A stretch of 64,000 bases of DNA from Thalia democratica. Taxonomy: Eukaryota. The notes below the pieces were generated by a model. The model was given only the letters and a program-made list of their open reading frames with translations. It had not been told where the DNA came from and did no database searches. Positions 26,201-40,080 of this stretch are shown one piece after another; position 1 is the stretch's first letter, and every line of letters starts with the position of its first letter. The DNA lies in NCBI GenBank assembly GCA_965202585.1, contig OZ241833.1, forward strand, positions 6,758,001 through 6,822,000, in the 5' to 3' direction. The translations under genes and the position numbers were made by a program.

Positions 26201-29200
26201 TTAACGAATGTAGTAATTAAAATGTATAAGGAAGTATATTTTTCTAAATTGATTTAATTCAAAAAAACTTAGTGTTTTATCATATAAAACTTTTTTATTG
26301 GAAAAGTAAATAATCTTTTATATTGGTACAACTGAGTGAAAACTTTTTAAAGCAATACATTAATTTCAAAAACAAAACTTATAAAAAAGTTTGTACATTC
26401 TAAAGATAATATATGATTAGTAGGTTTTGCTAATTTAATAATTAGAAGTGTTTGTAAACAATAATAAATAAATGTATTTTATATTTTAATCCAATTTATT
26501 TGTATTATTATTATGCTTTACTAAAAACTTAATCTGATTAGAACAGCTTTAAAAGTAATTGACTTAAACTTTAAATATATTATTTAAAATTTAGTATATT
26601 TTATTTTAATAAGTTCTTATTTTAAGTTAGTACAGATAGTTTAAACGACTCATACTAATAAAACTATTGAAAATAAAAAACATGCTTATTTTTAAGAAAA
26701 CAATAAAACTTTATAATTTTTGTAACTTTTCTTTCAGTAACTTTCAAACAGTTATGGCTTTAAAGATGGTTTTATAAAACTAACTTTTTGCTGTAAAATA
26801 GAAAGGATTTGTTCTATATAAATTTAATTGTAGAAATCAAATTTTTTAGATAGATAAAAATAACACTAGTTGTATATTTGGAATCTGTATACTTTTATTT
26901 TATTACAGGATTTCTTTTTTCAACTGAGAACATTTCTGAAAATTCAAAAAAAATGTTACATTATTGCATATGCATAATACAAATAATTCAATTTCAGCAT
27001 AATAAGACTTGATTTTTGATTGTTTTAATAGTAAAAAGGTTGGAAGTGAAAATCAAATATAATCCTATGCAAACACTATTACTAGATGTTATTTTCAGAT
27101 ACACTTGCTCTGTTGATCAGGACGTCTTTGTAAGTAAATTTGAATAATACTAAATTTTAAATACGTATAAAGATGAAAGATAAAAATATCAAAAAATCTA
27201 CAATACTAGTATCACGTCAAAGATTCTGAATAAATGCGAAGAGCTGACAAAAACATGATAATAATGTCAGACTAATTATTAATTGCAACTCAGCCAGAAC
27301 TCGAAAAGGTAAATTATGGTTTTTAATTAAAAAAACGTGGAAAACAGAATGGTCCTAACAGTTTAGAATCGATGCTAATCGAAAAGAAGAAACTGAACAC
27401 TCATATTGCATTTAATTGAAAAACAAGATTTTTAAGGACTTCCGAGTTAATACTTTCTTTTATTATTACTTACATATGTCAATTAAAATCGTTTTCTTAA
27501 ACAGAGTGTTTCTGTTTACGTCTAAGTAGCTGAATTACGTTAATAACAACTCAAATTGTTTTTAGTTTTTTTTAATATAATGCTAAAACTAGCTTATTTT
27601 CTTATTTAAAAGATTAATTAATTAGATTATTTTAAATAACTTCTAATTAATACTAACAAAAAAAATATGTTTAATATTTCATTTCAAGTATGCTACTAAA
27701 TCCTTAAAAACTTATATAGTAATGATTATAACGGGCAAGCGAGACTAAACTTCTAAATTTAATTCATATAAACTTTTTTGTTATAGTTTTATATTGAATT
27801 TGTATGTTTTGTTTGTATCATGAAATGACGCGTGCTTCTTGTTTTCGAAGCAACAAAAACGTAATCACGTAACAAAAACGTAATTTAACATTTTATTGAA
27901 TAGTACAATAAATGTTTATACGATTTAAAGTAAAAATAATCACAACAATCTTTAATATTCATTTATTTTAATTAATATATAATAAACTTAACAAATGAAT
28001 ATAAATTAAAGTCTTTTAAATCCAATTAGACTTTGTATAATAGCCAAATGGTTTTGAAAAGATACAAAACTTCTACAAAAAAGATAATGAAATAACTATA
28101 GCTAAAAGATAAAAATGATGATAAAGATGATAAAGATGCACTCTGAAATGATATGATTTATATTTTAATTAGATTTACAGAAGCCTAGTCTACCTACTAA
28201 ACTTTTACAAAATTCCATAATGAAAAATAGTAAATGACTGATGTTTCTTACAACAAAAAAGATATATAAACATAAGTAAATTCTGCTACAAAATTAGAAG
28301 TCTTTAAACTAGTTTAGTTTCTAGTGCTACCACTAAGATATTAAAAATTTAAAGCTCGTTAGATTAAACAGATCAAGTGTTTAACTGAGGACACTCAAAA
28401 ATAAGCATAGGCTTATGTTGATCAACATATTACGGACTATATAGTTTAAAAAATAGACTCAGAACTAAATAACTATTGCATTGAAAACATCTATTTTTTA
28501 ATAATTCAAAGCATAAACTTTCAAAGTTTGCTCTACAGTCAGCTCTCGCGAATAGACGAAGATTGTGTCCACAGCAAAAGTGCGTATTAAACGAGTAAAT
28601 AATTTACCTACTATATTGACTGCTTTCTTATGATATATTTAATTAAATATAGTTTGGGGACTTTCCTCCTTTTTTGTTTACAAAAATAGTTTTCATTAAA
28701 GTTGTACACATATATGTGAAAAGTTTTTTAATAAAATTTTTATACGTGTATACAATTTTTTTTCTTTGTTCCTTGCTAACCTAAGATCAAACAGCCAGTA
28801 CAAAAGATTAGAGATTAATTTTTTGACTTTTTTTATAAAACTTTATTCCATAAATATTGTTAGGAGTTGAATATTGTACCTTGTTTGATTAAAAGGTATA
28901 AAAAAGGGCTAAGAATGAAAATAACAGTAAGAACTTTATATAAAAATGTTGTTAACTATTAAAATTTATGGTACACTAATGCACAATCACATATTTATCC
29001 ACCCGTCAAGAAACATAATTAAATAAAGTCTAAACAAACATAGAGGTGAATTAGTATTTCAAACTATATATAAAAGATTCAACATATTGTAAACTCAATA
29101 CGTATAATAAATTTGCAATTTGAAAATTTTTCCTAGTTAATAATTATTATATTTTAGAACTAAAAAGTGTGTAATTAAACGTAGATTCGCGAGAGGTGAC

Positions 29201-30409
29201 TGTATTGACTATTTTTAGCTTTAGATCGATTATTTTGGTTATGCTTTTTTTTTTAAGCTGATAGTGTGGATTAATAAATCTAGCTAAATAACTATTTTAA
29301 AAACTGTAAAACTACAGAGATTTATTATATAAAGCTTTTACCAAAGTGGAAGCTTAGAAAAAGTAACTTCGGTTGAAGACCATGTGATTGTGTATTTAAA
29401 ATGTATGTGTGTAAGTACTTTTCAGATTTTAGAAATATTCAAATGACAAGAAGTAAAACAGATACTTAAAAAGCATTTGACATAAATTGTGCTCTAAAAA
29501 GTAGATACTAAATTGGTCCTATTTTAGTTGAATATGTACAATGTTACTAGAGTAATAAAATCTTTATTTTTTTACAGTATAAATTTTAAAACTTAAACAA
29601 AGTTTAAATATGAAAAACTTTTGTTTACTGTTGCGCAAAATAAAAATTTCATTTTACAAAAGCTCATCGAAATGATTACGCTAATTTCGACCTAACTTTG
29701 TTACATACAAAAGCATTTGAATAAGTAAAACAATCAAAAAACTGAAGATAGCTTTCGTTAGTTAAATTGCTTTTTGGTATCTTTATTATTTTAATTTTTA
29801 CTCCTTCTCTAAACTCAAAAAAAATTATACTAGTGAGTAATAAAAACTTAAAATTACTTTAATTTTAAAACAATCACAATTGATGTAGGCCTGTTCTTTT
29901 CATAAGCTTGAAACAAAAACTTGTTACATAGTTTAAAATACTGATTCGCTAGAAGAAAAAAAAGTGTTTTTATTAATAATATTACTAAATATTTTTAATC
30001 TATCTATTAATTTTAGTTTAAAGCTTTTATAATATATAAACTCACTATAAGTTTTTTATTAGTTTTGACAACTAATACACTAGAATATAAAAAGCACTTT
30101 CTTTTTATAGTACCTTATTTAATATTTTTTTCAAGTACAGTAAATAAGGAACAATTTAATTAAATTTTGCTAAAAAGAAACCCTATAAAATGTATATGCT
30201 GCACAATTTTGACTACAGAAATTAAATTTTTTCAATAATTTTGCAGGTTTATTTGTCGTCCATTTTATCAAGATTTTAATTAACAACTAATTTAATTTAA
30301 TTAACAATGCATGTTTTTTATTATATGTTTTGATTGTTCGAAAACTAATAAAAAGATCTCAACTTCTAGAGAAAAATTATATTTATTAAATTCTTTCAAG
30401 ATAGTTTTT

Positions 30410-30446
30410 AGCAGACTCAGTTTCGGTCAAAAACCTCTTCAGTGCT
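30410..30446 (-). ncRNA. Minimal type-I hammerhead ribozyme motif (GUC triplet)
   Basis: Minus strand: AGCA-CUGAAGA-GGUUUUUGACC-GAAA-C-UGA-GUC^UGCU. Core intact, stem II GGU/ACC, 4-bp stem I; AATAAA ~27 nt downstream (30387-30382). Confidence 0.75.
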
Positions 30447-31176
30447 TATTTAAGAAATCTTATTCAAATAGAATTCTGTTATATTTCATATAGTAATTAT
30501 AAAACTTAGTTTTATACGATGTATATGTAGGTACATGAATCCTTGTTATGTATTTTCTTTTATTTTCCTAACTTTTAAACTTATAAGATAAACTATTGTT
30601 TTAACATCTGAACAAGTTTAGTTTTAAAAATTACTTCTACTATTTTTTCCTTGTTTATTACTTTTAACACTATTATTTAGTTTGTAAAATTAAGTTACGC
30701 TTTTTAAAAAATCTTTAAAATAATACGGCAACTAAAAATTACATAATAATATTTGTTAGTATAAATAGCTAAAGACTAGTTAAGCAAAAACTTTATATAT
30801 AATAATGAGTTCCAAAACTTTTCAAACACCATCTGCAATTTTTTTTTAATTTTTGCTATTTTATGAATCTCGTGGAATTGTACTCGCTTTCAATTATCAT
30901 TTCATCAGATTATTAATTTTCTACAACATTTAACAAACAGAAATGTGTCAATTCCATTATAGAACGCTTTATTTTAAGATAATATAAAACTTCAAATTTT
31001 CTTTCTTTTGTTTTATCAAACCAAAAATATATGAAAGTATCATTAATTTTTGTGTTTTTTGAAAGATAAACAAGTTTACGTGTACACGAGTGGTTGTAAC
31101 TGTGTAAAATATACATATTTAATAAAATTATCAATATATTGAATTTATTGTAATAAAGCCTTAATGAATGCTAAAT

Positions 31177-34100
31177 TTAATAAAACAAATCCCAGAAAAG
31201 AAACAATGCAAAGGTGAGAGAGCTCAAAGAAGCGCAGGTAAGCAATACAGGACTATTTAGTAGAGAATTCATATCTTCGACTTCGTATTCTTCAACTTTT
31301 TCTTCTGGTTCAACGTTTGTTTCGACAATTTTGTTTTGAGCTAGGAGAAATGCAACAATTAGTTTACTTTTAAAATTAATTTATAAAACTAAGCTAGTTT
31401 AAACTCTGCTATAAAACACATACTTTTTGATGACCTATAAAGTAACCACTTAAACTCATATGAAAAATAGAATTATTGAAATTGTTTTTAAAGTTATGTG
31501 AACATATATTTACAGTTAGTTTTATTTTTGAAGATAAATAGTTTATCGTTTATTCTAAAGCAGCAGTTTTTAACCTTTTTCATATTTTACTCCTTTTAGA
31601 AAATAATCACCAAATTTATTCCCAACATACAAAACAGAAATTAAATTTGAGGAAAAATTTTTTTGAATATAAAGCTTATGAAATATGAAAATCTTAAAAT
31701 TTAAATATTTAATCTAACTTAAAAAAAATAATTAAATAATAACCTATAAATAAAAAAGACAACTAACAAACTTCAACTTACATAACTTGTAATAAAAAAT
31801 CTTACCCCATAAAACCAGAAAATTTACCCCAGGTTAATAATCTCTATTCTTAAGTAAGTAAATATTTTGATTTGCTAGTTCATTAAGGAATACAGTTACT
31901 TTCAGGCTATTGTATTTAAAAGAAATTATCATTTTCATAAAACTTATGTGTTTAACCTAAAGCAACTTTTATCTTAATTGTGCTTAAAATTTAAGTATTG
32001 TTTTAGACCTAAACTTCTACTAATGTTGTTTTACAAATAGTACAGGTTAAAAAGATATTTAACATACTTAAGCAAGTTTTGCTGTCTGTTTGAAGAAGTC
32101 TGTTGTCAAAACAAGAACATTCTACAATTCCATTTGAAGCTACAGAACATTTGTCCGAACATCCTCCGTTGTCCTGTTATTTAATTTTTAGTGAATTTAA
32201 TGTCAAAAGTAAGCTTTAAATAACTAAAAACAGCAGCATATATTACAAAACAAAAAGAATAGTATTTTACATTAAAAGTTTATTAATTTACTAGTATAAA
32301 TTAACTATATGAAGTTATTTTGGAGTAGGAATTTGAAAAAACATTGTTGACTAGTATTAATTAAATATTTTAAAAAAGCAATGTTTTTATTTAACTACCT
32401 TATGGCAAGGATTTTCCTCAAATTTATCAGGAATTTCAACCCTAATTTTTGGTTTTGATCTGACTCGGAATCCGTGGGTGGAAACTTTAGCATCAACAAC
32501 CGACCTCCGTTTTCTCTTGCTGCAAACTGCGCCAGAACTACATTTGGCCTGAAACAATATTTTTAAAAATTTAATAATCTAAATTAGGGTTTTTTTTTGA
32601 AGTAAAAACACTTATGAAATTGTTGAGCTTTCCAAATAATGTTTTCATAAGCAGGTTTTATTTTAAATCCGAATTTTTTTTAAACTTCAACCAACATTAT
32701 CGAAACTAGCGCAAGTGTTGTTTCCGTCTTCAATGCACGCGCCCACTTCGCAGTGAACGTAGATCTTCTGATTGTCGGAATACAGATCGATGTGCCGCCA
32801 TATGAAAGTTTTGAACGAGAACTCTGGCGACTGCGCGTTGTTCTGTATCAACCCGACCTCTGCCGGTCCAGATTCGACCGCACACCTTCGAAAAACAAAC
32901 TTTCATATCAACAGATTGTATTTAAAAAGATTGTAAGTACATTACAACAGCATAGTTTTATTTATATAAAACTTTTGAGCTATAAACTTTTTTTTTTCTA
33001 TTTAAACTGTTTGTAGTGTTACATATTAGTTTAGGGTTTATTGTTATTTATATATAAATATGTTCATACCCATCGCAGCGAATGAGGTCAACTCTGTACG
33101 TATCGCCGGCATTAGACGTCGGTGTTGCCCAGCATTCTCCCATCTGATATTAATATTTTTAAACATTAGAAATTTAACATTAAAAAATTTCAAATTTCAA
33201 ACACTAAGTAATAATTTTAAATAACGCTTAAAAAAAAATTGTCAACAATAGTTTTTTGCTACTAAATTAGTTTTTTTTTTGCTTGAAAAAAAATCATCAA
33301 AAACAAGAAATGTTTTTCACCGTGTTATTTGTAATTCACAAACTTGCACTTTTGTGGTGACGGAATCGATACCGAGATCGTAGTTTATTTCAACAAACAC
33401 GTCCGTGCCAACGTCGACCTCTGCAGTGTCTGTCATCGCTGTCGACTGGTCCAACGACTCCTTGATGGTGAATTGGACCGATGAGGCGGAAGATGACCCG
33501 TTTCTCAATCCTTGGTCGATCAAGCTGTCAATTTTAAAATCTTTCGCCTAAAAGCTTCAAAGTTTGTCTTATTTTTAGTACTTATCGCTCCGAAGACAAA
33601 TATTTTTAAACATGCGTTTTTTGAATGGCGTATAAAGATATCACTGTTTAAAGATTATACCTTTTTATCGTTTTTATTTTGTCATAATTTTTACAAAAAC
33701 CGTGCTTTATCTTTATATGTACATCATCAGTCCGTAAAAAACTTCTCGTCCTACTTTTTATAAAAACTAACTTCGGTGTGGGCTTGTACGGCTTCATGGA
33801 GGCGTTCTTGTTGTCGGCGAGGATGTTGCAGGTGAACACAATGCTCTTGCACTCGTACCTTCCTATCCCGTTGGAAACTTCATCACTCGTCAGGTCGGGT
33901 ATCTTGCTGACAGTGGCAATGTACTCGTACTTCGTCCCCCCACTCTCAGTTATCTGCAGTTGATATAATCCGTTGTTTAAAATGCAGTTGCTTTGTACGC
34001 TAAGTTTTTTGTACTGCTATTGTATGAAACTTCTCAGATTTTAATTTAATTTACTTTATCAGATATTTAATGTCTAAAAAGGTTTTAGTTTTATTATTAT

Positions 34101-35963
34101 TAATATTATTGAAGTTTGTTGTGCGAAGATGGATTTGGGCATTAAACCTGAGCCGCTTAAACAACACACACATAATAATAATTATAATGTCTTGAATCAC
34201 AAGTTTGTTTACAGTTTTAACAAAAAAAGCTTCTTAGCATCACAAAAGCATTAAACTAAACAACTTAAAAACAAAAAGTATTGACTTAGTCAATTTTCAA
34301 TTTAAAGTTATTTGAAAAACATATTAATCTCTTTGTGAATTAAAACAATGTAAAATTGTAAAGTTATGTTTAGAAGCATACAATCTACTTTTTTTCATGT
34401 ATGTTACTACTATTGTTTTGTATTTAACTTTTAGACATATAAATTTTAAAGAAAACATAAAAAAAGCTCATAAAACTAATAAAAGTTAATGATATACTTT
34501 TGAAAAAAAAATTAACTCGTAGAAGTAAGTTTTTGTTAAATTGTATAGTCAATATGCAATGTGCATAAAACTGAATAGTTTTAATTAAAGCTTTAAAATA
34601 CTAAGAAATTAATTATCTAATATCTTATTTTTTATTGAACTATATATCTAACGTGCATAAAACTTTATAGTTTTAAATAAATGTTTAACTTTAAAAAACC
34701 TTATTATAATATTTAACAGTTACAACTAAAAATAAACCTTTACAAAAACGACAATGGATTTATTTTAGTAAAAGTATATTTTTACCCTCAAAAAGTTTAC
34801 TAAAAACGCTCAAAAAATCTAACTGTTGTTTGCTGCACACCGCAATCATTGACGCTGTTGTTGAAAATCAAGTAAGTGTTTCCGTTCAGAACTTGTTCGG
34901 TTGGAAAACAGTTGCTGTCGACGTCAGCTGCGTAGTTGAGATCCTTACTGCAGTACTTCGTATCTCCCAACACTATCTGCGAAACCGGGTTTGTAACATT
35001 GAACTCAGCAATCGTAACCGGGCTTATTCTGTGGTTATAACGTTTAGTTTGTTTTTTTTGACAATAAATTGGTTGTTTATAATTGATCAAATCTAAGTTG
35101 TTTTTTAACAGTAAGAACGTAGCTTTCTTAAAACTTATAAAGCATTTTTTTGTTAACGGCTTTACCTTAAGTACTTTTACACGACTTAACCAAAGTAGAT
35201 ACTTTAAATTTATTAAAAAATCTAAGATTTGTTTGTCGCAATTTATAGAAATCATAAACTCTTTGAATTTTGAGACTTTTGGATCAGAAACATTCTCTGT
35301 ACACAAAAACTAAAAATATTATTAGCTAACAAATATGATTAAATTTTTTAAATGCATATTGAATTGACCTTTAAATGTTATTTTAAATCTAAATCGATAA
35401 CCTAATTAAGCAAATTCATAAAAAAGAGAAAAATTTCAATTTAACTTACTGCAACACTAAGTTAGGTGAGCAATAACCACCATCCTTACCAGTGTCTTCT
35501 GGAAACCCTGCACAGAACAATTTATTATAGAAATTTATTTGAAGTATTTATTATAAAAAACTTAAGTAGGTATTAAAATTGTAACTATTGAAATTTTAGA
35601 GTAAGTCGTTTTTTAGCAGAGGTCCTAGAGAAACAATTTCACTGGAGTATATTATAACAAATTTAAACAGTACTCTTTTTTTATTAAACTAACACCTAGA
35701 AATATGAATTAGTTTTGTAAAGAAAGAGTACTGTGTAACTTTGAAATTATCAAAAATCTACTAATATTAAGATTTTGGTAAACTGTAAGTAGCTATGATT
35801 GTAAAAAAAAAACTAAGATCATATTAGCTATAACTTTTAAAAATTGACAACGAAAGAGCTAAATTGTTTTTACTACAGTTTTGAAAATATTTTAAAATAA
35901 AAACCTACCACAGACAAACTTGAAAAGAATAATTGCTGAGATTAAAAATAGTTTTCGCTTCAT
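31177..35963 (-). CDS. Secreted ZP-domain protein with furin site, one EGF-like module and C-terminal hydrophobic anchor
   Basis: Exons 35963-35909 (signal peptide MKRKLFLISAIILFKFVCG), 35507-35450, 35028-34824, 33953-33772, 33524-33344, 33143-33070 (ECWATP), 32885-32696 (FSFKTFIW...IYVHCEVGAC, ZP-C), 32548-32399 (RKRR furin site), 32173-32068 (NGGCSDKC...CSC...DSKTC, EGF), 31340-31177 (acidic spacer + hydrophobic tail, TAA). Phases consistent; AATAAA ~30 nt after the stop. Confidence 0.88.
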
Positions 35964-37573
35964 TATATTTTATCTCTTTATTTCTGTTTACATTTTTTTA
36001 TTTTAACGCTTTTTTATTTATTTCGTTTTTGGAAAACTTAATAAGACTAAACTGTATTACTAAAATATTTTACAAGAGTTTTTTATTTTTCCTAGCAATA
36101 AACTTATGTTTATTTTATCAAACTTTAAATAGTTTGTTTAATCAAATGTACCTTTCTTGTAAGATCTAAACTTTATAAAACTAATATAAAAAACATTTTT
36201 TAATAAAAACCAAGTTGACTAACGAATAAAGGTAAATAAGTTTTAGAAAAATTAATATCTTACGATAAATCAGCTATGTAATAAAATTGTAGATTTTCAT
36301 ACATCTTAATTAAGAGAATAAAAACCTGAAAAACAATATAAACATTTATTGAACTTTTACTAAGCTATAAAAAGTAAACTAGAAACTGCAAAAATTGTTG
36401 TTGTTCAAATGATTTAAGCCGGAAATCCGTTAACGTTCTGTTAACTAATTATTTCAAGTAAAACTTAATATATAATTTTTCTAAAACTTTGTTTTCAATA
36501 TATTAAAAGATGTTTTTATAAGTTAGAATTACTTACTTTTTATTTTATTACTTAAATTGATCTTTTTTTAGTTTAGATAACTTCTAAAAAAACATTGGAC
36601 TATTCAATTAAAATAATATCAAATGACATAAAATGGTAGAAGTATTTTTTTCGCGTTAAAAGTTGACTTATATTATTACTATTTTGAAACATGACTTACT
36701 TTAATGAAATAAATAAACCATTTAACTTTTCAAGTTAATAAATTGAATACAATGTTCAGTTTGAAAAAACAAAATTTACAACAAGTAATTTGCGAACTTG
36801 GTTATATTCTTTTAATTCTTTAAAGTAGTAATTGTTTTAAATTCTACATCATAGTATAAAATTATTTTTTTGTCGCCTTTTTTTTTATTCTGTGATATTA
36901 GCCACGCAGGAAACATAAAAATTGTAAACACAATTGTAAAACATTTTAATAGATTTAATTTACTTAGCTGTATTTTTTGCAAGTTTTACAGAAAGTATTT
37001 CAACTAAACTAACTAAAATAGTTTACTGTAAATTAGTATCCGTTTTTTGGAAAAGCATTTTAAATTGAATAAACTTAACACAACTATAACAACTAAGCTA
37101 AAACTTAAATACAATAGATTATAGGTCGGCAGCCTTTTATTAGTCACTGACCAGTTTTTGTTAAAATAATTACTCGTAGGCTGCAACGCATTTAAGAGGC
37201 TTCCATTGACCTTCAATAGTAACTTTAAAATAATTTTTAATAGTTTTTTTTTCATACCTAAAATTTGGTAAAATAAGCAACAAAAATAAGCATCAATAAA
37301 GAGTAACTACCTAGTAAAGCTCTAATTAAAAGTTTTTACCTTATCGCTTCTTAGATACTTGTTTTTAGTCTGTTTTCAGCTAAAAAGTACCTCGCGGGCC
37401 GCAGTTTTCTGATATCAGTCATAGATCATCAAATCATATTTTCCATAATCTTTAGTTAAAAAAATTGTCAGAAAAAAAGATAAAGTTAAATAATCAAACA
37501 TGTATTCATTGTTTGTTGAAACAAGAAACTAGATATTTTTCATGAGTTTTCTAAACTGTTTTAGACTTTAGGT

Positions 37574-38192
37574 TAGGGGTGGGCAACGTACGGCCCGCGG
37601 GCCGGATCCGGCACCGGAGTCAAAATGACCGGCCCCCAAACCTTTTTTAAATTTAAACGGAATTTATTAATGTAGCCTCGAGTCTAAAATTAGTCTAAAA
37701 TTGTTAATGTAGCCTCGAGCCAAGGACTACAAAAAATTAGATAATTTCGAATAGTTAAAAATGTTTAATGTTTTAGTTTTAAATTTGAGGCTCGAGTAAA
37801 TTTTAATAAGTAAATTATTGTTTTTATAAAACTAACTAGTATTAATTCGGTCCAGAGTTGTAATAAATACAGAAATATGAGTACTTAATAAAAATTAACT
37901 TAAAGTTTTATACTTGAGAACCTTGGTAACTAATAAATTGATTCAAAATTTTAAAACAACAGATCAATTAGCATCGAGCCGGATCCAAGCCTTTTGAAGT
38001 TAGTTCTATTCGGATACGAACCTTGTCTAAGATTAGTATTTAACCGGATCTGGAAAACATTTTTGAATAACGATCCGGATCTAAAATAGGATCCAACTGA
38101 ATCCGGTAGATCACTTACTTGAAATGCTCCGGCCCGCCGAGGACTATTTTTTTTGGATCCGGCCTTGCAATTATTTACGTTGCCCACTCCTA
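37574..38192. mobile_element. hAT (Charlie/MER58-like) non-autonomous element
   Basis: TIRs taggggtgggcaacgta / tacgttgcccactccta. Internal cggcccgcgggccggatccgg is typical of hAT-Charlie ends. 8-bp TSD ctttaggt / ctttagat (7/8). Multiple internal GGATCC(GG) subterminal motifs. Confidence 0.85.
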
Positions 38193-38739
38193 CTTTAGAT
38201 TTTAATTAAATTTCTTAAAAAAGTCAAAATATAAAAGCTCAGTTTGATCAAAACGTAAATTTTGTTAATAATCTTTATAAATTCTACAAATTAATGAAAC
38301 CATTAACTTTAGATTACTTTAGCACTTTGTAAAACTTAAAACTAAAGTGTGTGTTAACTTATTAAGTAATATAACATAAAAAAATTACTATCAAATTTAA
38401 CTATCGTATACTTTTTTTACTTTTACTATATAACAAAGTTAGCTCATAAAAAGAAAAGAGAATGTAGCAGGATAACTAAATACCGTTTAACAAATTGGAA
38501 TAAGTAGAAATTACTACTGCTTTTAATATAAACTTATTAATTAATTTGTAAACATAACCAATTTACTAATTTATATTACTTAACATATCACAGTAGGAAT
38601 ATAATAGTTTTAAGTATCTCAAATCTTCCTTTGGTTGTTTTATGTTCTTCGTGATTTTTTGTCTTTGTCAAAATCGTTTTAAATAAAAAGTCTTTTTTAT
38701 TTTACAAAAAAATCTACAAAGTTATTAGTATTCGTTATA

Positions 38740-38781
38740 TTGCCTAAAGTACTTTCAAAAAAATTCGTCTTCAGTAGGCAA
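38740..38781 (-). ncRNA. Minimal type-I hammerhead ribozyme motif (palindromic stem III)
   Basis: Minus strand: UUGCCUA-CUGAAGA-CGAAUUUUUUU-GAAA-GUAC-UU^UAGGCAA. Perfect 7-bp stem I, intact core, weak stem II, palindromic AAAGUACUUU. Confidence 0.7.
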
Positions 38782-39170
38782 TTATATTAGAACGTTCTAA
38801 ATTAACTAATATAAATATCTAATATAATATCTAATATGTTTAATATATAATATATCTAATATATCTAATAGTATATTATAGTATAAATATCTAATATAAA
38901 TTAACTAACTGATCTGTGGTAGTTTGACTTATTTGTTTGTTTATACTTGTGAAAATGCAAAACTCCCTGGGAAGAAACTAATAAACAAATGCTTGTTTGT
39001 AAATATATTCATTGATATAATAGAAACTTATACCTCTTGGTGGCAGTAAAGTTATGTTATGATTGTAAAAAAAAGCTTTTATACAGGATAAACAGGTTTT
39101 AAGGAAATTATTAAACTTTGGCACTACTAATTTAGAAATTATATAAAACTTACTTTTTACTGGTTTTGTT

Positions 39171-39575
39171 CAGGGTTGCCAAAAAATCTGGAACTTTAGA
39201 AGTTTTGAAAAAAAAAACATTAATTTTAAACAAAAATCACTAAAAAACCTGTAATTTTTGAACAAAATTACCAAAAAACCTTGAAAAACCTAGAGTTTTT
39301 AACAACTTTTTCATATTAAGTAGTTAAATTTCGATTTGACACAATATTTTTTTCTTATAGATAAAAGAATTTTGTCATCATCAAATATTTTTTTAACAAA
39401 AATACATTTAAAAAAGCTTTAAGATATATTTTCAATGATGTTATACTTTTTAACACAGTTTTTTACCTTAAACTTAACTTGAAACTTAAAAAAGACCCTA
39501 AAAAGTGTAGTTTTAAAAATCTCAAATAAATTATGAAAAGCTGGAAAAAAATTGCCTAAAACATTTATCAACCCT
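39171..39575. mobile_element. Probable MITE with CAGGGTTG(CC) termini
   Basis: Begins cagggttgcc and ends tcaaccct. Similar CAGGGTT(G) starts occur at ~41305, ~43777 and ~46196. No TSD confirmed. Confidence 0.45.
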
Positions 39576-40080
39576 TATGGTTACACTTATTTACAATATT
39601 CATTGGTTTTAGTATAAGGAAGACATCTAGATAACAGTTTTTTTTTTGCAAAATAGCCAAAAAAAAGTTCTGAATGAGAAGGTTAAGAATTCTTTTTGAA
39701 AGGTAGAAAATTTGTTTTGTTTTTATTGTCTCAAATGTTTAAAAATAAAAAACAAGTTAAAATAGTTTTCATTTTAAAACTCTCAAGTTTTGTATCTATA
39801 AAAACTGCTGTCTGTTATGTAGATAATCGTTGTCATTTTTAATGACCAAGCTAACTTTAAGAGGGATTTCTGCTGAAATTCTGATATGATGGGCGGCAGC
39901 TAACATATTTAACACTTTGAACAATTTTTAACTAATTGTAAATAGTATTAAGCTTGAAAAAATATTTCTAGTAAATCTTAATTGTCTTTTTTAAAACGTT
40001 CAATCTTTGAGCTATAACAATAAAGGGTGCAACAAATTTATAAGTTAAGTATAGTTTAAGCTTTTTTTTGTAACTGTTAA

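Noticed and set aside
27098-28560. Possible + strand exons or decayed ORF between PCYOX1 and the ZP gene
   Set aside because: No consistent splice phases or recognisable domain; multiple stops.
29735-29777. CUGAAGA + 4-bp stem II + A/U stem I on +
   Set aside because: GAAA replaced by GUUA, and stem I is just A/U runs; plausible by chance in AT-rich DNA.
30860-30912. CUGAUGA...GAAA on the minus strand
   Set aside because: No stem I complementarity and stem III mismatched.
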